IMG/VR virus record: IMGVR_UViG_2061766007_000342
Coordinates: 160,001 to 224,000 of that record
Source: a virus
Taxonomy: Duplodnaviria > Caudoviricetes
Length of the DNA: 64,000 nt
Direction: 5' to 3' (one strand)
In this document: positions 19,901 to 30,147 of the stretch, piece after piece
Position numbering within the stretch: position 1 is the stretch's first letter
How the letters are laid out: every line of letters starts with the position of its first letter
The notes under the pieces: generated by a model
The model's database searches: none
What the model was told of the DNA's origin: nothing
The model's input: only the letters and a program-made list of their open reading frames with translations
Program-made: the position numbers and the translations under genes

Positions 19901-21241
19901 TTATACACGACAATATTTCACGATTTGTTCCGCCGTATCATTCATCATCAACCGTGTTTGCAGTTGTGCAAATGATATGTTGGGTTTGATATCACCGATA
20001 TCATTCACCGTGTATCCATGATCCGGATAATACCGATCCATGAATTCAATCAATGTTTCTGCACATACATACGGAATTTCCACACATACATCACAACGTC
20101 CCGGGCGGATCAATGCCGGATCCAGAATTTCTTTGTGATTAGTCGTCATCACATACACGATGTTGGTTGGCGATCCCACACCATCCAATGTGTTCAAGAT
20201 CGTTGCCAATCCAACGGGTTCGTTATCATGACCAGCCGCATCACCGTGATATCGTTTCTTACGGGCATTCATATTGGCAATACCCGAATCGATATCTTCG
20301 ATGCACAATACGCGGTATTTGTTTTTCGCCGGTGGATCCAACCACACTTGATTGTATACGATCTCGTTGATGTCTTCAATCAAATCTCCGGACATGACCC
20401 AATACAAGGCATTGATTTCATTGGCGATTGCTTGGGCGATTGACGATTTGCCGGTTGACGGAGCACCATACAACAACACACCGAAATGATTGGGAATATT
20501 CGTATTTTCATAAAACTCGTAATTGTTGATGTATTTCATGATCGGTTCCATGATTTGTTTCCGCAAGCTGTCGGGGATAAATACATCATCAAATGACCGA
20601 AGCTTCTTGTTGTTCATCATTAATACTTCATTGCGTTCACGGATGACTCTGATGCGTCCATGTAAATAAATCCGTTTGTCAATCATTCGCATGGATTCTA
20701 AATACAAATGATGAATGAACTGTTTCAATCCCCGTTTACATTCATCTGTGTTCAGTGTCATCAGCTTCACAACGGGTCGTTCACCCGGCAATTCCACACC
20801 GTCGTTATTCCCGACAATCAATGCAATCATCACACCATTCCATCGAATGCACCGGAAGTATCGTTCCATATGATTCCAATAATAATGTTTATTGTATATC
20901 ACCGGCTCCAAGTCATCCAATGCATTGATTTCAATGGTTTCTTCATAATTGGCGAAGTATCGAAACAATGCATCTTCCAAACGACCAAGTTCATTATCAA
21001 TAGAAACCACGTACAATACTTCACTCTTTAACCATGCAATTCCAGCATCAACCACACCCCCAATCAATTTGTTTGTTAAAACACTCTCGACACTGTCACA
21101 CATACGTTGTTTCACACGCTTTGCCAACATACGATTTTTCATCCGTTCAATGTCTCCAGGCAACACTCTTTTTTCTTTTTTACCATTTGAATTACGATTC
21201 ATCTCATATACAACTCCATTCAAAATTATTAAATGATTCAT
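19901..21241 (-). CDS. AAA+ ATPase, BCS1-like
   Basis: GAPSTGKS, IEDID, ILNTLDG, TTNH...LDPALIRPGRCD. Confidence 0.88.
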   Translation of the reverse strand: MNHLIILNGVVYEMNRNSNGKKEKRVLPGDIERMKNRMLAKRVKQRMCDSVESVLTNKLIGGVVDAGIAWLKSEVLYVVSIDNELGRLEDALFRYFANYEETIEINALDDLEPVIYNKHYYWNHMERYFRCIRWNGVMIALIVGNNDGVELPGERPVVKLMTLNTDECKRGLKQFIHHLYLESMRMIDKRIYLHGRIRVIRERNEVLMMNNKKLRSFDDVFIPDSLRKQIMEPIMKYINNYEFYENTNIPNHFGVLLYGAPSTGKSSIAQAIANEINALYWVMSGDLIEDINEIVYNQVWLDPPAKNKYRVLCIEDIDSGIANMNARKKRYHGDAAGHDNEPVGLATILNTLDGVGSPTNIVYVMTTNHKEILDPALIRPGRCDVCVEIPYVCAETLIEFMDRYYPDHGYTVNDIGDIKPNISFAQLQTRLMMNDTAEQIVKYCRV

Positions 21242-21285
21242 TCAAATCATTCATATTAATGATATAAATACACAATTAAACAATA

Positions 21286-21314
21286 TATTCCCACCCCATA
21301 CACGGGGTGGGAAT
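21286..21314. terminator. Hairpin
   Basis: attcccacccc-atacac-ggggtgggaat. Confidence 0.6.
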
Positions 21315-21329
21315 CATTCATTTATTCAT

Positions 21330-22115
21330 TCATTTACCAATCCATCCATATGATGTATCATAAATACGTTTTAATTCTTTCATACCGTTCTTATTTAAAC
21401 CAACTTTTCCTTTGACTTCTAATCCGATATTATAGTATCCTTCTTTGTTTTTATATACTTCAACAATGTTCCATCCATCATAACTCTCATCACCCAGTAT
21501 ATCACATGCGATATATTTCAATTGATCTTGGTTAAATCCATTTAATGTATATAATCCAATACTATCTTCCCATCCTTTATTCTGTTTATATACAACATGA
21601 ACAACAACTCCATTCATGACTTTATCGCGAATCATAGTAATCTTATTCGTATTAAATCCATTCTCTTTATCAAATATCATCATCATTCCACGTTTAAATG
21701 CATCATGGTAATATTCTTGTCGTCCCAGTGTATCGTCCATTAAGAAATCTCGTACAATTCCTTCAATCTCTTTTGCATCTTTAATGTGTTCAGGAATTTC
21801 CTTTCTCAAATGAGCAGGAGTACATGTATAAATATAATCAATCATCTCATTCAAGTGTATCCGCATCTTAAAGATACCACTGTCTTTATCATATACACTC
21901 TTCATACTAACGACCTTGCCATCTTCACAATCAATACCAAAATGATTGTATTCCCAGAACCATCTACAGAATACTTCCCACATATGATCACATCGTACAT
22001 CTATCTCAAATACTCCACGGTTATACATACCTTCTGTACGATAACCACATCTCAATGCATGTTTCAATGTATCATCAAATGTTTTCTCAATCATTCTAAC
22101 ACTAAATACTTCCAT
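21330..22115 (-). CDS. Hypothetical protein
   Basis: AAGGAGG SD, 261-aa ORF, no recognisable motif. Confidence 0.65.
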   Translation of the reverse strand: MEVFSVRMIEKTFDDTLKHALRCGYRTEGMYNRGVFEIDVRCDHMWEVFCRWFWEYNHFGIDCEDGKVVSMKSVYDKDSGIFKMRIHLNEMIDYIYTCTPAHLRKEIPEHIKDAKEIEGIVRDFLMDDTLGRQEYYHDAFKRGMMMIFDKENGFNTNKITMIRDKVMNGVVVHVVYKQNKGWEDSIGLYTLNGFNQDQLKYIACDILGDESYDGWNIVEVYKNKEGYYNIGLEVKGKVGLNKNGMKELKRIYDTSYGWIGK

Positions 22116-22163
22116 AACAAATTCCTCCTTATATAAAAAATATGCTTATCCAATAATGATAAG

Positions 22164-22283
22164 AATACACCCCCACGGTTCTCCGACCGTGGGGGTGTAT
22201 TTTAGCGCGGCGGTATGACGACACCTCACTGCGTTCGGACGTCATACCGCCGCGCAAGCAGTGTGGCTTACCGCCACGCTAAA
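22164..22283. repeat. GC-rich palindromic element: two 16-bp perfect stems plus nested inverted repeats
   Basis: 22164-22179/22186-22201 and 22205-22220/22240-22255 are perfect inverted repeats; 22201-22215 vs 22269-22283 is a 14/15 inverted repeat. Confidence 0.8.
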
Positions 22284-22316
22284 CACCCACGCATTACGAA
22301 ATGATGGATTGTTTCA

Positions 22317-23357
22317 TTACATCAATTCCATTAAGTTCATTCCTTCAATGGAGAGTTTGGATAATCCATCAATATCCAATTTATCAATCACTTGTGATTT
22401 GATGGATTCAATTGCAGATGGAGTAATCAGTTTGGTATGAGATTCTACATCTACAAGAGGATAGTTTTTCTTAATGTAATCATGATATGATGGATTGATA
22501 ATAGACAATACAGAATCAATTGCTTTTGGATTTGATGGAATCTTGCGTTGTTCAACTGCACGGATTAAGTCGGATGCAAATGCTGTTAATCCCAATGGTT
22601 GAATACCTTGAATGGCACGATCTTTAGAACCAATCATCAGTTGTAATGTATTATAAAAGACCTTATTGTCAATGAATGTTGTGACCAGTTCATCATCAAT
22701 CTTAGAAACTGCATGAACAAGCATCTGCGGGTCTGATATCTGTGACATACCACCTGAAACAAATCTGGAATAAATCACCTTTGTATTTGGCATATAGAAA
22801 TGAGAAGTCATAAATGGATCCGCTGTCATAATGATCTTATCATGTTTATGATCAGATAAGATTTGTGGAAGTACAAAGGAATCAAACTGATCACACTTAA
22901 TCAGATATCCACGCGGAATATACTGAAGAACTGTTTGTGTGAGTTTAATGGATTCATTCCAATAATACGTTAGCTGTTGCATATTATCATTGGAGAATTT
23001 ATGTTTAAAAGGTGACATGTAAGAACGCAATACCGATTGTTCACATAATGATTCGAAGTTGAAATCATTTACCATCATGAAGATACGCACAGAATTCCAT
23101 CGACGTGTGAAATTCTTCCAATGCACAAATGTCTGTAACAAACAATACACAATGTCGGATTGAGCATTTGTTGAAAACGGTAATGAGTTCATGAACTTAC
23201 GTGATGAAGCCATTGTGGATAACAGCGAGTTGAGGTCGATGTAAACATCGACCCCATATGTGGATGGACTGAAGTTCAATCCAAGTGCCATCTGAATGAC
23301 TTTGTACTTGGGTTTCAATTGTCCAGTTAATGGACCAATTGAATATTCATTATACAT
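22317..23357 (-). CDS. FEN/5'-3' exonuclease (T4 RNase H-like) fold protein, possibly degenerate
   Basis: YIDLNS N-terminal strand, IIMTAD, H3TH-like IGSKDRAIQGIQPLGLTA. Confidence 0.55.
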   Translation of the reverse strand: MYNEYSIGPLTGQLKPKYKVIQMALGLNFSPSTYGVDVYIDLNSLLSTMASSRKFMNSLPFSTNAQSDIVYCLLQTFVHWKNFTRRWNSVRIFMMVNDFNFESLCEQSVLRSYMSPFKHKFSNDNMQQLTYYWNESIKLTQTVLQYIPRGYLIKCDQFDSFVLPQILSDHKHDKIIMTADPFMTSHFYMPNTKVIYSRFVSGGMSQISDPQMLVHAVSKIDDELVTTFIDNKVFYNTLQLMIGSKDRAIQGIQPLGLTAFASDLIRAVEQRKIPSNPKAIDSVLSIINPSYHDYIKKNYPLVDVESHTKLITPSAIESIKSQVIDKLDIDGLSKLSIEGMNLMELM

Positions 23358-23372
23358 AATAACACTTCCTTA

Positions 23373-25376
23373 TCACATTGCATCATTTTCTCCAAACATG
23401 AAGTCGGAGAACGAACGAACACCAACACGGTTGATCTCGTTACGATTATCAAATACTGCACGAAGCAACTGATCAGATGTCTTCTCAAATGCAACTGCAG
23501 TCATTGCAGATTCCGAATTGTCCAATGCGGTCTTGACCGTGACAATCTGGTATGGTTCATCTGGATTAAGCCAATTAGGACGAAGCATTCTATTCTCTGG
23601 ATTTTTGAGCAAATGTCCAATAATGATCTCACCATGTACGGAGAAGATTGGGATTAAACCATGAAGCATATTCATCAAACGAAGTACACAATCTTCGATG
23701 GTATCAAACTTGGCAATACCAGAGTTGAAGAACTTGATAATGTCCATATACTTGGAAATGACAGAGATGTTGACAGGTGTAATTTCACACAAAGCACCAC
23801 CAGATTCAGCAACCTTGAAGTTGGTTGTCTGAAGATATGTGACGTCATCAATCTCGACTTTCTTCATCTTATCCAGAATGATCTGTGGAATATGAATATC
23901 AGCATAGTTCGATACAGTCACTTCTTCCATATCTTTACCCATATAGAATGTAAGTGATTCAGTAATGTTATCATGATAATCTTCACGGATCATGATATTG
24001 AAACGCTTCTCATCTGTGGGATAGATATTGGATGAATACATCTGCAGCCATTTGTCCCAGTTATTCGTAAATTCAATACGTTCCGCATCCGTCTTGAGTA
24101 AGTGTTTTGCAGACAGAATGTTCTGGGATACACGTGATGTCATCAGCTCGGTTGTATAAATGAAGCCACCTTCCAAATCACCAACACGTGTTGCAATTGT
24201 TCCATAACATACGTGACAACAATCCTCGTTCAAGTTACATGTACACGGAGAACGGAACCAAAGACGTTTACCAATCAAATGACGATCCGACTTGGATAAT
24301 ACACGGAGAATACCATCGTTCTTGTTCTTCATATAGAATCGACCATGCATCATGTTCAATACAGTATCATCAACTGTCATGGGGATGGGGTTACGTGATC
24401 CACAATCATAAACCGTCTTGGAAATGGTACCATATGTGAGCATCATCATGTTACGATTAAAATATCCGGAATCTCCCATCCAACGTTCATTCATCAAATC
24501 AGGTACTTTTGCAGCAATCGAGGCCGCATAGAAAACTGGCTTCTCGTGATAACCTGCTTTGAAACCATTACCGTTCATGATGACAGGAATGATGTCACGT
24601 CCATCCGGAATCTGGGAGAAGTTGATGTAAAGCTCTTCCATCTGTTTTGGCTTTACAATCTTCGCATATTTCGAATCAATGAAGAACGGATTACCACGTT
24701 TTGTCATTTCTTCTTCAAGAATACGATACTTCTCGGCATTCTGTGCAACGATATCAATCGTCTGGGTATTGGGCGGATATTCAGTGTCATTAATATTACG
24801 AACAACTTCCGACTCCATGTAATGGTCAAGAAACAGGTTCTCTGCAGAGAAGATCTGCAGATCTGCTTGAGAGAAGATTGCTGTTAACTGCTTCAACTGA
24901 AGTGACATGTATGCCATGGTCTCTTGAATCTGGAAGTTTGAATTTCCACGTCCACGAAGTACCTTGACAATATTATCTTGAATATGTTCACGATCTTTTT
25001 CAGACATGAACTTATGCAGAATGAAATCTTCAATATTCACGCTATCGATATATGGAAGAATGGTGCGGATGAATGTCATCGATGTCATGAAACGATTGAG
25101 TGGTAATGCATGTGTCATGGTATCATCAATCGATACCTTGAAATGAATGGAAGTATGTTGCATGACATCATTGTGAATTGGAATGTTCCAACAACAAACA
25201 GCAACGTCCACAACACGTTCAAACAACTCATCATACATCTCGATATTGGTATAACGATCCAACACGATCAATTCACCCAACAATTGATACACCACATCGG
25301 GTGTATCAATCGTCTGGTATGCACGAATGTCCGCAAATCGAGATTCATTGACATCGGTATCTTTGTTGAAATTCAT
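23373..25376 (-). CDS. rpoC: Phage multisubunit RNA polymerase beta'-like C-terminal subunit (probably non-virion RNAP)
   Basis: Bridge-helix DSGYFNR, DCGS, RSPCTC...CCHVCYG zinc site, trigger-loop SQNILSAKH, VHGEIII. Confidence 0.85.
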   Translation of the reverse strand: MNFNKDTDVNESRFADIRAYQTIDTPDVVYQLLGELIVLDRYTNIEMYDELFERVVDVAVCCWNIPIHNDVMQHTSIHFKVSIDDTMTHALPLNRFMTSMTFIRTILPYIDSVNIEDFILHKFMSEKDREHIQDNIVKVLRGRGNSNFQIQETMAYMSLQLKQLTAIFSQADLQIFSAENLFLDHYMESEVVRNINDTEYPPNTQTIDIVAQNAEKYRILEEEMTKRGNPFFIDSKYAKIVKPKQMEELYINFSQIPDGRDIIPVIMNGNGFKAGYHEKPVFYAASIAAKVPDLMNERWMGDSGYFNRNMMMLTYGTISKTVYDCGSRNPIPMTVDDTVLNMMHGRFYMKNKNDGILRVLSKSDRHLIGKRLWFRSPCTCNLNEDCCHVCYGTIATRVGDLEGGFIYTTELMTSRVSQNILSAKHLLKTDAERIEFTNNWDKWLQMYSSNIYPTDEKRFNIMIREDYHDNITESLTFYMGKDMEEVTVSNYADIHIPQIILDKMKKVEIDDVTYLQTTNFKVAESGGALCEITPVNISVISKYMDIIKFFNSGIAKFDTIEDCVLRLMNMLHGLIPIFSVHGEIIIGHLLKNPENRMLRPNWLNPDEPYQIVTVKTALDNSESAMTAVAFEKTSDQLLRAVFDNRNEINRVGVRSFSDFMFGENDAM

Positions 25377-25405
25377 AATGAAACCTCCTTTGAGATATAA
25401 TTGAT

Positions 25406-27754
25406 TTAAGAATCAATATCTGCTTTGGTGAACTTGAAATTCATCAACATGTCTTTGCGTTGATTGATATTGTCTTTACCAGATCCCATCAATGCTCCCA
25501 TCTTCTGTAATGTGACTGCATCTTCCATGGTGACTTGGTAGATACGACGTACCGAAGGATCCATAACAACTTCACGTAATACTTCCGGATCAGACGAACC
25601 GAGTCCCTTATAACGTCCTTTGATCTGTGGGAATGCATCTTCAATGTATTCGAAGAAGTGTGACAACTCCGTCTGCGTATCGACATTACGTTTGCTGGAC
25701 TGGTAATGTATGAGCAGTCCATACTTCTTGATGATATTGATTACATAATCCAATTCCGTCAATAATTCATCATCGATCAATACGAAATTATCAATCAATT
25801 CAATGACGGCGAATACTTGGTTGGTATTGTGATCAAAGCCGATTTCTTTAAAGACGGAAGCAATCGATTTCAACCACTTATCAATGTTCTTGATGAATGC
25901 ATCTTTGGAACCATATGTGGCAATACCATATGCAATATACTCCAGCAAGTAACGATTGACGGAACGATTAACCGACACTTCTTTCAGTGTCGTCAGATAA
26001 TCGAATGCTTCTGTTACGAAATCAGATACATTGATCTTATTAGTGGAAGCAATTGGAAAGTCAATTTTCAAATCGGAAATGGATTTGATACAATACTCGA
26101 TGTATTCGTTCTGTGTAGCAACGTACTTGACATCTTTACCACGTACGAGCTTGTACAGTGGTGGTTCTGCAACATATACCTTACCCGCATAAATGAGTTC
26201 TGGTAAGAAGATGATGAAGAATGTCAAGATTAATGTTCGGATGTGATAACCATCAATATCAGCATCCGTTGCGATAATGATTTTATCATACTTCAGCTTC
26301 TTGATATCTGCGGGAATACCACAACCAAGTGTCGGAATGATATGCTTGCAAGAGTCACATGATAATGCACGTTGTGGATCCAAATCATATACATTCTGAA
26401 GCTTACCCTTAAAGAACAAGATGGCTTGGAATCGTGCATCACGTGCTCCATTCAAACCACCACCCGCGGAGTTACCCTCAACAAAGAAGATCTCCTTTGG
26501 ATGTTCAGTCTTGACAGTGGAACATGGAATGAACGAATCCGGAACTGTCCATTGCTTCTTGACTTTTGTCAATGACTTGATGTCACGTGCTTGTTCACCT
26601 GCAACGCGTTCGCGGTGGTTGCTAATGATAGCATTTACAATGGATCCGATTGTAGATGATGGTGAATTACGTAACGCATCATAACATGTTTGTTCAATCT
26701 CTTTACAGAATTCAGGTGATAAAACCTTATGTTTACTCTGAGATGAGAACAAGTGCATTTTATCACATTCACCTCTGACAACGAGTTGTAAATGTGCAAG
26801 AATATCCTTACGTAAATCTTCATTTTGAAGCTTTTTGTTTTTCTTAATACATTCTTCTGTAAAGAATTTTGTAATTGCTTTGATGATACCATTTACATGA
26901 TCTCCATTCTCGGGTGTGTATATCATGTTCATCCATGAATGACGAACATCTTCCGATCGGGAGGCATACATCATTGCAAAATCGATCTTATATTTACGCA
27001 CAGTTGTCTTGTCCATAAATGTTTCATCAATATTTCCTTTGAATGATACGGTTAATGTATCACTCATGGCTTTATCTTTAAAACTGGAATCATCAAAGAA
27101 TTGACGTAAATGCTTGTGCTGTACATGATATTGTTTTCCATTTGCAGTGTAAGATACGGAAGTACCCGGATGCAAAGTATAATCAAAATCTTTCAACCAT
27201 TCAAGCACTCGATCAACTGGTATCTTATCACATCCCATGACTTTTCGTGATGGCTGATAGGTAACATCTAATCCATGATCATTACCGTCATATTCTTCTA
27301 AGATTTTATCAACAAGCTCAGCTTCTTTGTAAATCAACGTGAGTCGTTTATGTTCGTTTGGTCTTGTTGATACCACTTTGAGATATGATGACAACGCCAA
27401 TAGACATGTCGAACCACCAAGAGAGTTTTCACCACGTGTTGCACCATTCGATCTTGTCATATTCGTACCCGCTTGCATGGTTTCATAAATTTCTTGCATG
27501 ATATCAGTTGGGATACCACGACCATTATCGATAACACGAATCTGTTTATCGGTCATCAAAATTTTGAATGAATCACAAGGTGATTCTGATTTTAATGCTT
27601 CATCGGAAGCATTATCAATCAATTCTTTACACAGATGAAATACTCCAGCTTCTCCGATTGCTGAAATAAACATTGTCGGTCTGGTTCTAATTCGTTGAAT
27701 ATCCACCCTGATGATTTTGTATTCGTCATCAACAAATGTTTGTTTCTTTGACAT
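25406..27754 (-). CDS. gyrB: Type IIA topoisomerase / DNA gyrase subunit B
   Basis: RTRPTMFI, ELIDNASDE, DNGRGIP, VEGNSAGG, TDADIDGYHI, RYKGLG. Confidence 0.93.
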   Translation of the reverse strand: MSKKQTFVDDEYKIIRVDIQRIRTRPTMFISAIGEAGVFHLCKELIDNASDEALKSESPCDSFKILMTDKQIRVIDNGRGIPTDIMQEIYETMQAGTNMTRSNGATRGENSLGGSTCLLALSSYLKVVSTRPNEHKRLTLIYKEAELVDKILEEYDGNDHGLDVTYQPSRKVMGCDKIPVDRVLEWLKDFDYTLHPGTSVSYTANGKQYHVQHKHLRQFFDDSSFKDKAMSDTLTVSFKGNIDETFMDKTTVRKYKIDFAMMYASRSEDVRHSWMNMIYTPENGDHVNGIIKAITKFFTEECIKKNKKLQNEDLRKDILAHLQLVVRGECDKMHLFSSQSKHKVLSPEFCKEIEQTCYDALRNSPSSTIGSIVNAIISNHRERVAGEQARDIKSLTKVKKQWTVPDSFIPCSTVKTEHPKEIFFVEGNSAGGGLNGARDARFQAILFFKGKLQNVYDLDPQRALSCDSCKHIIPTLGCGIPADIKKLKYDKIIIATDADIDGYHIRTLILTFFIIFLPELIYAGKVYVAEPPLYKLVRGKDVKYVATQNEYIEYCIKSISDLKIDFPIASTNKINVSDFVTEAFDYLTTLKEVSVNRSVNRYLLEYIAYGIATYGSKDAFIKNIDKWLKSIASVFKEIGFDHNTNQVFAVIELIDNFVLIDDELLTELDYVINIIKKYGLLIHYQSSKRNVDTQTELSHFFEYIEDAFPQIKGRYKGLGSSDPEVLREVVMDPSVRRIYQVTMEDAVTLQKMGALMGSGKDNINQRKDMLMNFKFTKADIDS

Positions 27755-27869
27755 TACTTTTTCCTCCGTTCTTGTTATATGTATAAAAAGAATGAATCCG
27801 TAATGTACGGTTTCATGGTTTACGTCTTAAATATATCAATATGAAAATGAAAAAAGTTACGTGTAAAAG

Positions 27870-27891
27870 GTGGGGCGCATATGCGCCCCAA
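27870..27891. terminator. Palindromic hairpin in the divergent intergenic region
   Basis: tggggcgca-ta-tgcgcccca. Confidence 0.5.
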
Positions 27892-28065
27892 TAATATTAC
27901 ACATTCATTTATTCGTTCACATGCCCGACACACATGTGAACATTACATCAACATTAAGCGACACTTCACTTTCATGAATTATTATCATCGTAATATATTA
28001 CTTATAAATTATTTATACCGACCAAAATGTAATCGTTCATTTTATTTATAAAAGGAGAGATTAAA

Positions 28066-29574
28066 ATGAAAATTCAAAGTTTGTATGATATTGAAATGGA
28101 TATCAAAGTTAATGGATTGAAAGAAGTTACTTCTCAGAATCCATACAAAACCCAGAACCAATACAATCCCGATGGATTGTTCTCGGAAGAAATCTTTGGT
28201 CAAACCGAAGATGAACGTCGATACCGATGTGGTTATATTAAACTACCCATCCATGTATTCAATGGTGAGATTTATAAAACCATCATCTCACGTAGTGGTG
28301 GTATTATCAAAAAGATGGCAACTGGTGATGTCAGATGCAATTTGGTCAATGGTGTACTTGTGGCTGATGAGAATGGTCAATATTGTGGATTGGTTGACTT
28401 ATATAAGATATGGGATAACATCGATATTGAAAAGACATTGTCCACACGTAAAGCTGTCAACATTGACATCTTGACAAAGTGCCCGAAACGTTTATTATTC
28501 ATTGATAAAGTATTGGTTGCTCCACCGAAAATGCGTGACATGGGTGTCCGCAATGGTCGTCAAGTCAAAAGTGAGTTAAATACCTTTTATATGACATTAC
28601 TTGGTTTGAAAAGTGTCACTTCACATACAACCACAACAGACACGTATCAAGTATACAATAAATATCAGAATGCAGTTGTTGCAATCTATGAATACGTCAA
28701 TAAGATATTCGGTTCTAAGAATGGATTTGCCCAAAAGAATTTGTTAGCAAAGACCACAACGTTCAATGCTCGTAATGTAATATCTGCTCCAAAGTATAAT
28801 ACAGATAACCCGCGTATTGGATTATTTGTTACGGGTTATCCATTGCATTCATTGTGCTCCATGTTTAATCCATTCATCAAGTTCCAAATCAAACAATTGT
28901 TATCTTATTCAAATATTCAACAGATGCATCCAAATAAAGAAGAGATTAATCCCACATTGTTAGATCAGATTTATGATGATAAAATGATCAATGATTTGGT
29001 AAACATTTACATGAATAATCCGGGTTCCAGATTCCGCATTCTGTATTTGGATGAAGAAAAAACGAAACCAATCATGTTTGAAGCATTTGATGTCAAAAAG
29101 AATGAACGTATCAGTCGTCCATTTACATTAACTGACTTGGTGTTTATTGCATGTAAACGTGGTGTTGTTGATGCGGGTAAGATGGCTTACATGGTACGAT
29201 ATCCCATTGGTGACTACATGGGTGCATTCTTTACACATATCCATATTCTATCAACGAATACGGTATGTGACATCCAATTCATGGGTGAATTATATGAAGA
29301 CTATCCAGTTGTGGATTTGGAAGCATCTCATATGCGTGTAAGTACCATGTTTGCTGAAACATTAACGCCTTCTAATTCTCGTTTAAAAGCAGTCGGTGGT
29401 GACTATGATGGTGATACTGTTAAGAGTGTTGGTATCTGGAGTGATGAAGCGAATGCTCAAGCAGAGAAACTGATGAAGAGTAAGATCTACAATATCACCA
29501 CTCAATGTACGACAATGTTTCCTATTGAGATTGAATGTCTGAATGGTTTATATGGTCTAACTAAGGATGAATGA
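28066..29574 (+). CDS. rpoC: Phage RNA polymerase beta'-like N-terminal/catalytic subunit (possibly virion RNAP)
   Basis: PDGLFSEEIFG, GYIKL, PPKMR, ARNVIS, VRYP, catalytic GGDYDGD. Confidence 0.9.
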   Translation: MKIQSLYDIEMDIKVNGLKEVTSQNPYKTQNQYNPDGLFSEEIFGQTEDERRYRCGYIKLPIHVFNGEIYKTIISRSGGIIKKMATGDVRCNLVNGVLVADENGQYCGLVDLYKIWDNIDIEKTLSTRKAVNIDILTKCPKRLLFIDKVLVAPPKMRDMGVRNGRQVKSELNTFYMTLLGLKSVTSHTTTTDTYQVYNKYQNAVVAIYEYVNKIFGSKNGFAQKNLLAKTTTFNARNVISAPKYNTDNPRIGLFVTGYPLHSLCSMFNPFIKFQIKQLLSYSNIQQMHPNKEEINPTLLDQIYDDKMINDLVNIYMNNPGSRFRILYLDEEKTKPIMFEAFDVKKNERISRPFTLTDLVFIACKRGVVDAGKMAYMVRYPIGDYMGAFFTHIHILSTNTVCDIQFMGELYEDYPVVDLEASHMRVSTMFAETLTPSNSRLKAVGGDYDGDTVKSVGIWSDEANAQAEKLMKSKIYNITTQCTTMFPIEIECLNGLYGLTKDE

Positions 29575-29798
29575 GTTTTTCTATTTTTCTTAAATTCTGA
29601 ATATATCATGTTTAATTGACGTTAGTTGGATGAGAATAACGTATATTATATATTATATATAGAATAATTAATAAGAATAAATAGTAAAATAAAAGATAAA
29701 TAGATAAGAGATAAAGATATAAAGATATAAGGTATACAAATTGCGCGGGGGTAAAATAAGGGTTTGAGATTTTTTTGTTATGTAAGGATGTGATAACG

Positions 29799-30119
29799 AT
29801 GAAATGGTATATTGATGATCACAATAGTGTATCAAGCGATCGTTACATGAGAATGACAAAAGAAGAACATGACAAGATTGATCGTTTGGCACAACAACAG
29901 AAAGAACGTGAAGAAATGGAAATTAAGAATTTTGGTGATAAAATCCGTTGTATGAGTCTTGGTGACTTATTGGTGAAAATTCAAGTTGGTGTAAATAACA
30001 ACAAATGTGTCATGGAATCATTATCAAATGGATTTGTTCGTACGTGTGATAAACCCGATACGGTAAAATGTTCGGAATGTATTTTGCGTTCCATTAACAT
30101 GAAATTACCCGGGGATTAA
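29799..30119 (+). CDS. Small Cys-containing hypothetical protein
   Basis: AAGGATGTG SD-like site before ATG 29799; C...C...CSEC. Confidence 0.55.
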   Translation: MKWYIDDHNSVSSDRYMRMTKEEHDKIDRLAQQQKEREEMEIKNFGDKIRCMSLGDLLVKIQVGVNNNKCVMESLSNGFVRTCDKPDTVKCSECILRSINMKLPGD

Positions 30120-30147
30120 TTTTTTTTCTATATAGGAGGTATTTTGT

